NCBI GenBank assembly: GCA_963827235.1
Contig: CAWHAE010000010.1
Location: 288,001-352,000 of the forward strand
DNA length: 64,000 nucleotides
Source of the DNA: an uncultured bacterium
GTDB lineage: Bacteria > Chloroflexota > UBA5177 > JANWHV01
Direction: 5' to 3'
In this document: positions 58,391 to 64,000 of the stretch, piece by piece
How the letters are laid out: each line of letters opens with the position of its first letter
Numbering within the stretch: position 1 is the first letter of the stretch
Notes under the pieces: generated by a model
What the model was told of the DNA's origin: nothing
The model's database searches: none
What the model saw: only the letters and a program-made list of their open reading frames with translations
Position numbers and translations under genes: made by a program

Positions 58391-61300
58391 CTACGCCGAG
58401 TCCCGCACCACCAGGGTGGTGGGAATCGCTCTGTGCGTGTGCGTTTGCGGATCGCCCTCGATGTGTTGCAGGAGCAATCCGGCTGCCAGCTGACCGGTTT
58501 CGTAGGCAGGCGCGCGAACGGTGGTGAGGGCCGGCTCGACAATCTCCGCCTCGTCGATGTCGTCGTACCCGACAACGGCCACGTCCTGAGGTATACGCAC
58601 ACCGCGCCGGCGTAGCGCCCGCATGGCGCCGATAGCCATCAGGTCGTTGGCCGCGCAGACTGCGTCGAAATCGAGACCGCCATCGAGCAAGGTGCGCATC
58701 GCCTGCTCTCCGCCTGCACACTTGAAGTCGGCCTCGACGAGAAGCCGCTGATTGACCGAGACACCGAACTGCCGGTGCGCGGCCAGATAGCCGGAATACC
58801 GGCGTGCGGAGGCCAGTGTGTCGGCCAGACCGCCGATGAACGCTATGTGGCGCCGGCCTTGCCGCAGCAGGTGCTGAACGGCCTGCTCAACTCCGCCGAC
58901 GTCGTCGAGATATATCGACGCCATCTCGACAGTGCCGATCGCAGAGCTGATCACGACGGCCGGCATGTCGTGGCCGGCAAGAGACAGTACATCATCCGTG
59001 GTCAGTCGAAACGGAAAGTAGATAACGCCGGCAGCCAGCTGGAGCGCACTCTCTTCGAGGAAGTAGGCCTCCTTGCCGGCCTCGGCGTCGGTGCTGCCGA
59101 TCATTACGTGGAGGCCGCGTGAGGTGATCGTGTCCTCGACTCCGCGCGCCATCGCAGCGTAGAAGTGATTCGCGACGTCGGGCACGATCACCGAGACCAT
59201 GTGACTGCGTCGTGTTCCCTGGATACGCTCCGAGCCATCTCGCCGATGGTTGCGCGTGGGTGCCGGCTCCTCGACGGGCAGCGGTGTCACCGGAGTGGCG
59301 ACAATTGGGAGACGCAGGCGAAACGTGCTGCCCTGGGGGCCGGTGGATTCGAGATCTACCTCACCGTTCATCGCCCGGGCGAAGCTGCGGGCCAGGTAAA
59401 GCCCCAGACCGGTGCCCACGCGGCCGGCGCGCATCCGGCTGCCGGGCACGCGACCAAACCGGGTGAACAGTTGCTGCCGGCCTTCTTCCGAGACGCCGGT
59501 ACCGAAGTCTCGCACGCCGAGGACGGCGTGGGAGCCTTGCTGGGCCCAGACTACACGAATCGGAGATCCTTCCGGTGAGTACTTGGCCGCATTGTCGATC
59601 AGATTGAGCAGAATCTGCACGGCCGCGATCGGGATCGGCCAGCACCTGCAGGTCGGCCGGGCCTTCGAGATCGATCCTCTGGCCTGGATAGTTCGTGCGA
59701 ATCTCCTCGGCCGCGCGGCCGGCGAGGCTGCCGAGGGCTACGGGCTCCGTCTTGGCCACGATGGCGCCCATCTCCAGGCGACTGAGCAGCAGGAGCTCCT
59801 CGACCAGTCGCTTCTGCCGGTTTGCCGAGGCGACGATGTGATGCAGCATTTTCAGGCGATCCGGATCTCCCAGCCTGCTCCACTGCATCTCCAGCAGCTC
59901 GGCGTAGCCGACGATGGCCGTGAGCGGGGAGCGCAACTCATGACTCACCGTGGCCACGAAGTTGCTGCGCAGCTGCGCCAGGTCCTCGGCGACGGCTGCC
60001 TGGTGGGCGAGGATCTCCTCAGCGCGTTTCAGCTTTGTGATGTCTCGCGAGATCCCCACCAGTCCGACGAAGCGGCCGTCACGCATGATAGGCACTTTCG
60101 TGGACTGGAGCCAGCACGGCCGGTGCGCCACGGCGGCGAGATCCTCCAGCATGCCAATCTGGGGCTGCCCAGTGCGCATGATCTCCTGCTCTGCGTCATA
60201 GATGACCTGGGCAAACTCGCGCGGATAGAAATCAAAGTCAGTCTTACCAATCTCCTGTGCCGGATCTCGATGGCCGACAAAGCTGGCGTGGGCCTGGTTG
60301 GCCCGGATGATTCGCGACTGGCGATCCTTGAAGTAGATGAAGTCCGGCATCGCGTCGAGCAGCGTTTGCAGCAACTGCTCGCTCTCGCGAAGCGCAGCCT
60401 CGGCCCGTACGCGCTCCGTGACGTCTGTGAACACCACCGCGAACTGACCAGGTGCTGGCCGGAATAGGACGAGGTCGTAGTGGCGCCCCAGCTGCTGCTC
60501 ATGGCGCTGGTACGATACCGGATCGCCGGTCAGCACCACATGGCCGGCCACCTCGATCAAGTGCTGCTCGATGGCTGGCTCCAACTGCTTGACGGTCTTG
60601 CCTATTAGCTCGGCGGCTCGTGCACCTGTTATCCGCTCATAGGCAGGGTTGATCTCCAGAAACCGGAAGTCGGCAGGGTTGCCGGCGTCGTCATAGATCA
60701 TCTCGTGCAGGGCAAAGGCCGCGGTCATATGCTCAAACAGCAAGCGATACTTGCGCTCGCTCCGGCGCAGTGCCTCCTCTGCCGCCTTGCGCGCGCTGAT
60801 GTCTTCGACCACGACCACGAAATAGGCCGGAGCACCCGCGCCGTCGCGGACCAGCGATGCCGTGCGATTGACCCAGACAGGGAGTCCCCGCTTGTGTATA
60901 CAGCGCTTCTCGGTACTTACCGACGGGAGCCGGCCTGCCAGAAGGTCGTGCCGGAGCACCAGGTCGGATCCCACGTCTTCGGCGTAGGTGATCTCCTCAA
61001 ATCCTCGCTGCAACAACTCCTCAGCCGTGTAGCCCACGATGGCGCACAGCCGCTGGTTAACGAGCATGAAGCGCCCATCAAGCGCCACGAGGGCGAGGCC
61101 GACCGCGGCCTGCTCGAAAGTGGCCCTGAACCTCCGTTCGCTCTCAGCGAGGGCCGTTTCCGCCTGGTGTAGCGCGGTAATGTCGCGCGTGATGCCCACA
61201 AGACCGGTCACGCTGCCGTCGCGCACGATCGGCATCTTGGTCGCCAGGAGCCAGTACGTCTGAGAACCTTGCACCAACTCCTCGAGCTTGTTGATGCTCG

Positions 61301-61982
61301 GCTCACCCGTGTCTATCAGTCGCCGCTCCGCAGCCATCGTGGCACGGGCGAACTCGGTGGGCAAGAAATCGGCGTCCGTCTTGCCCACGGCCTGCGCCGG
61401 CTCGTCCAGCCCCAAATGTTGAGCATGTGCGCGGTTGACCCGGAAGAAACGTGTGGCTCTGTCCTTGAAGTAGATGGACTCGGGCACCGTGTCCATCAGG
61501 GCTTGGAAGAGGTCGCGTTCGGCGACCAGTTCCTGTTCCATCCGCCGGCGTTCAGTGATATCCTCGAACTCTACGACTACCTCCGTCGGGCGGTCTGCAC
61601 CGGCGGCGGTGATCGGGATGGCAGCAATGTTGAGCCAGCGATAGCGTTGGTCCACGGGATGAAACACGCCTATGACCACGTCGTGGATCTCCTCGCCCGT
61701 GGCAAGGGCGACGCTCGCCGGATGCGTCGCGCCCGGGAAGTCGCTGCCGTCGGGGTGGATGGTACGCCAGCGTGGGTCGACGGACGTCCGCCCTTGCAAC
61801 TGACCGAGTGTCAGACCCAGCAAGCGCTGCGCCGCCTGATTGGCGGTCGTGATGACCCCCTCCGCATCGTGGAAGACCACGCCTAATGACGTATGCTCAA
61901 ACAGAAAGCGATAGCGGCCCCCGTCGTCGCCCGGTGTCTGTTCGGCGTCCGAACGCACTGTCTCTTCGTTCAACCCGCTCAT
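58391..61982 (-). pseudogene. Multi-PAS histidine kinase fused to a C-terminal LacI-type ligand-binding domain, +1 frameshift near 59624
   Basis: Five PAS/PAC units; H-box VSHELRSPL. After the frame break: QILLNLIDNAAKYS, DFGTG, GTGLGL, then SHMVSVIVPDVANHFY...RIPQDVAVVGYDD...LVVRDSA. Removing one G in cgc-g-gcc-gtg restores DRAVQILLN. May be a sequencing error. Confidence 0.85.
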
Positions 61983-62427
61983 GTGGGGTACCGTCCATTC
62001 CCCTCGCGTGGAGAGCATGAAGCTGACGATGGCACCCCGGTCCGGCACCGACGCCATCCAGACACGCCTGCCAGACCGCTCGGTGATCTGGAAGCAGGCG
62101 GCCAGCGCGATGCTGGCTCTCTTGACGACGACGCGGGTGCGCCAACTGAGCGGCTCATAGCTCTCCCCACCGTCTCAGAGTGGCCTCTGTGTGATGAGAA
62201 TAGCACTCTCAGCCGTGTATTGGAACGGGTCCCGCGCCTACGGATCAGGGGGAAACGCTGGTACTGTGAAAGTACTCCCAGGAAGGAGGTATACACGCGC
62301 AGCAGGCGATCCGACTACCCAACCCCAACTTCTCCACCCAACTGGGGCAACACCTTGAACATGGCGCAACGTGTCGATTGGGCCCCGATTGACTGCTTGT
62401 GCCGAGCACCTGATGAGGAGTCATGCT

Positions 62428-64000
62428 ATGTCCCGATGGCTGCCCGTCGTACTCTTCGCACTCGTGCTCCAGGTGGCGGTCTCGCCCCTTTCGCGTGGAT
62501 ATCAGGCTGCTCTGGCAAAGCCAGGCCCGGCTCCGGCGAAGCCCGCGGGCACGGCGCGGGTGCTGATGCTGAGCGTGCAGCCTCCCAAGGTCCAGGTCGG
62601 CCGCGACGTCTCGCTCCGTATCCGCGTGGCGGATGACTCGGGCAGGCCCGTGTCGCGCGCCGTGGTCAGCATCACCGGCGCCGATCGCCCTGGCCTGGGC
62701 GTCGCGAACTCCGGCACCTTCAACTTCACCGTGCACGCCGCATTGCTGGGCACGATCGTGGTGCGAGCCAGCCGAGCCGGTTTCTCCCCGGTCACAGTGA
62801 TGGTGCCCATCGTGTCCGGCTCACCGGCTACGGTCGTCGCGATCAAGTCGGGTCTAGCGGTAGTGGTACCGCACGCGAAGGCCCAATCGGGCAAGGTGGG
62901 CACCGACCTCTTCGAGCTCTATCACGCCGTGACTGCCAAGAGCCAATATGCCTCGCTGGTGCTTCGCGACGGCACCATGCTGGACATGAACGCAAATACC
63001 GACGTGGTGATCCACGATCCCTTGCACACCACGCTGAAAGACGGCGAATTGTTCATGGAGGTCGTTCACGGCGAAGCAAGTCACCAGATTCAGGTCGGTA
63101 ATGCAGTGGCTGCCACCAAGGGCACGCGTCTCGACGTAAAGGGAGACTCCAGAACTCAGACGTGGGTGGTGACGGTGATTGAAGGGCAGGTTAGGGTCAC
63201 CAATGTCAAGCTGAAGGGGGCGACGAGCAGCATCCTGGTTGGGTCAGGGCAACAGTGTACCGTGGTAGGCAACTTCCCCCCGAGCAAACCCACAGCGGTG
63301 GACGTGAGCAAAGCGATCGTATGGGTAAACAAGGTGCCAAACACCAACAGTACCACTGTTCCCCCTGTGCTCAACCTTCCGCTGCCGCGCTTCGTATCAC
63401 CCGTTGTGCCTCCTCCACCCGGCGGCACGCCCGCAATCACCATCACACGCTCCCTGTCGAGCACCACCTGGACAGCCGCGAGCGGCCCCTATCTCCTGGA
63501 TGGCGGAGTAACCGTGCTCGCGGGGAGCACGCTGACTATCGAGCCGGGCACCAAGGTGGAGATGGGACCCAACGCCTACCTGTCCGTGCAGGGCACGCTC
63601 CTGGCACAGGGCACCGACGCGGCACCAATCATCTTCACCAGCGCCCTGGCATATCCCAGACCGGGTGACTGGCAGTACATCCGATTCGACGGATCCGGCG
63701 CGGCCGCCAGTGTGTTCGACCACGTGCAGGTCTTCTATGGCGGTGGCGGGGATGGCAACGCTCTCGGCATGCTGTCGCTGACGGGAGGAGCCAATCTCAC
63801 GGTAAGCGACGACGTCTTCAGCCAGGGCGCCGGGCTGGGGATGTCGATTGACGACGCCACTCGCCCCACGGTGACCGACTGCGTCTTTGCCGGGAACGGC
63901 AGCTATGCTCTCGAGGCGCCGGTCGACGACCTCGGGCTGATCACCGGCATCAGCTACGGTCCAGGCCAAGCGGGTATGCAGGTGCGAGGCGGCGCGGTCA
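62428..64000 (+). CDS. Secreted FecR-domain + right-handed beta-helix protein (runs off the window; absent from the ORF track)
   Basis: Own translation from the ATG after RBS GAGGAG: signal peptide MSRWLPVVLFALVLQVAVS; Ig-like segment; FecR motifs ASLVLRDGTMLDMNANTDV, AATKGTRLDV, VTVIEGQVRV; Pro-rich linker; TWTAASGPYLL..VTVLAGSTLTIEPGT...GTDAAPIIFTS...PGDW. Confidence 0.85.
   Translation, partial: MSRWLPVVLFALVLQVAVSPLSRGYQAALAKPGPAPAKPAGTARVLMLSVQPPKVQVGRDVSLRIRVADDSGRPVSRAVVSITGADRPGLGVANSGTFNFTVHAALLGTIVVRASRAGFSPVTVMVPIVSGSPATVVAIKSGLAVVVPHAKAQSGKVGTDLFELYHAVTAKSQYASLVLRDGTMLDMNANTDVVIHDPLHTTLKDGELFMEVVHGEASHQIQVGNAVAATKGTRLDVKGDSRTQTWVVTVIEGQVRVTNVKLKGATSSILVGSGQQCTVVGNFPPSKPTAVDVSKAIVWVNKVPNTNSTTVPPVLNLPLPRFVSPVVPPPPGGTPAITITRSLSSTTWTAASGPYLLDGGVTVLAGSTLTIEPGTKVEMGPNAYLSVQGTLLAQGTDAAPIIFTSALAYPRPGDWQYIRFDGSGAAASVFDHVQVFYGGGGDGNALGMLSLTGGANLTVSDDVFSQGAGLGMSIDDATRPTVTDCVFAGNGSYALEAPVDDLGLITGISYGPGQAGMQVRGGAV

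Overview
GC-rich (roughly 65%, estimated by eye) accessory region of a bacterial chromosome, most likely a monoderm soil Chloroflexota. This is inferred from the TLIEHWDG-type propeller repeats, the HTH-TIR-STAND-WD40 protein, the FtsX-type permease and the LexA-like box; it was not tested. No rRNA, tRNA or CRISPR array was seen. In order, the window contains: the end of an ABC exporter operon; an orphan Hcp (T6SS tube protein) gene coupled to a Tat-signal protein, followed by a CHAP amidase; PhyH, URO-D and NADP-oxidoreductase genes; three secreted beta-propeller proteins (BNR, YVTN, giant NHL); a MerR-ABC module with a truncated permease; a divergent FtsZ paralogue with degenerate GTPase motifs in an operon with an AlkZ-like DNA glycosylase; a LacI-controlled sugar cluster (GH4, two Gfo/Idh/MocA, ABC transporter, orphan GroEL, GT-C, GH38); an NLR-like HTH-TIR-nSTAND1-WD40 gene bracketed by a 300-bp direct repeat of its own 3' end; small DinB, DUF3224 and PNPOx genes; a minimal NRPS (A domain lacking the conserved Asp) with a docked Cys-type thioesterase and a divergent Ldh2 reductase; a frameshifted multi-PAS histidine kinase fused to a LacI-type ligand domain; and the start of a secreted FecR/beta-helix protein. 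Intergenic spaces hold many gene and IS remnants. All calls come from motif recognition by eye; no database searches were run.
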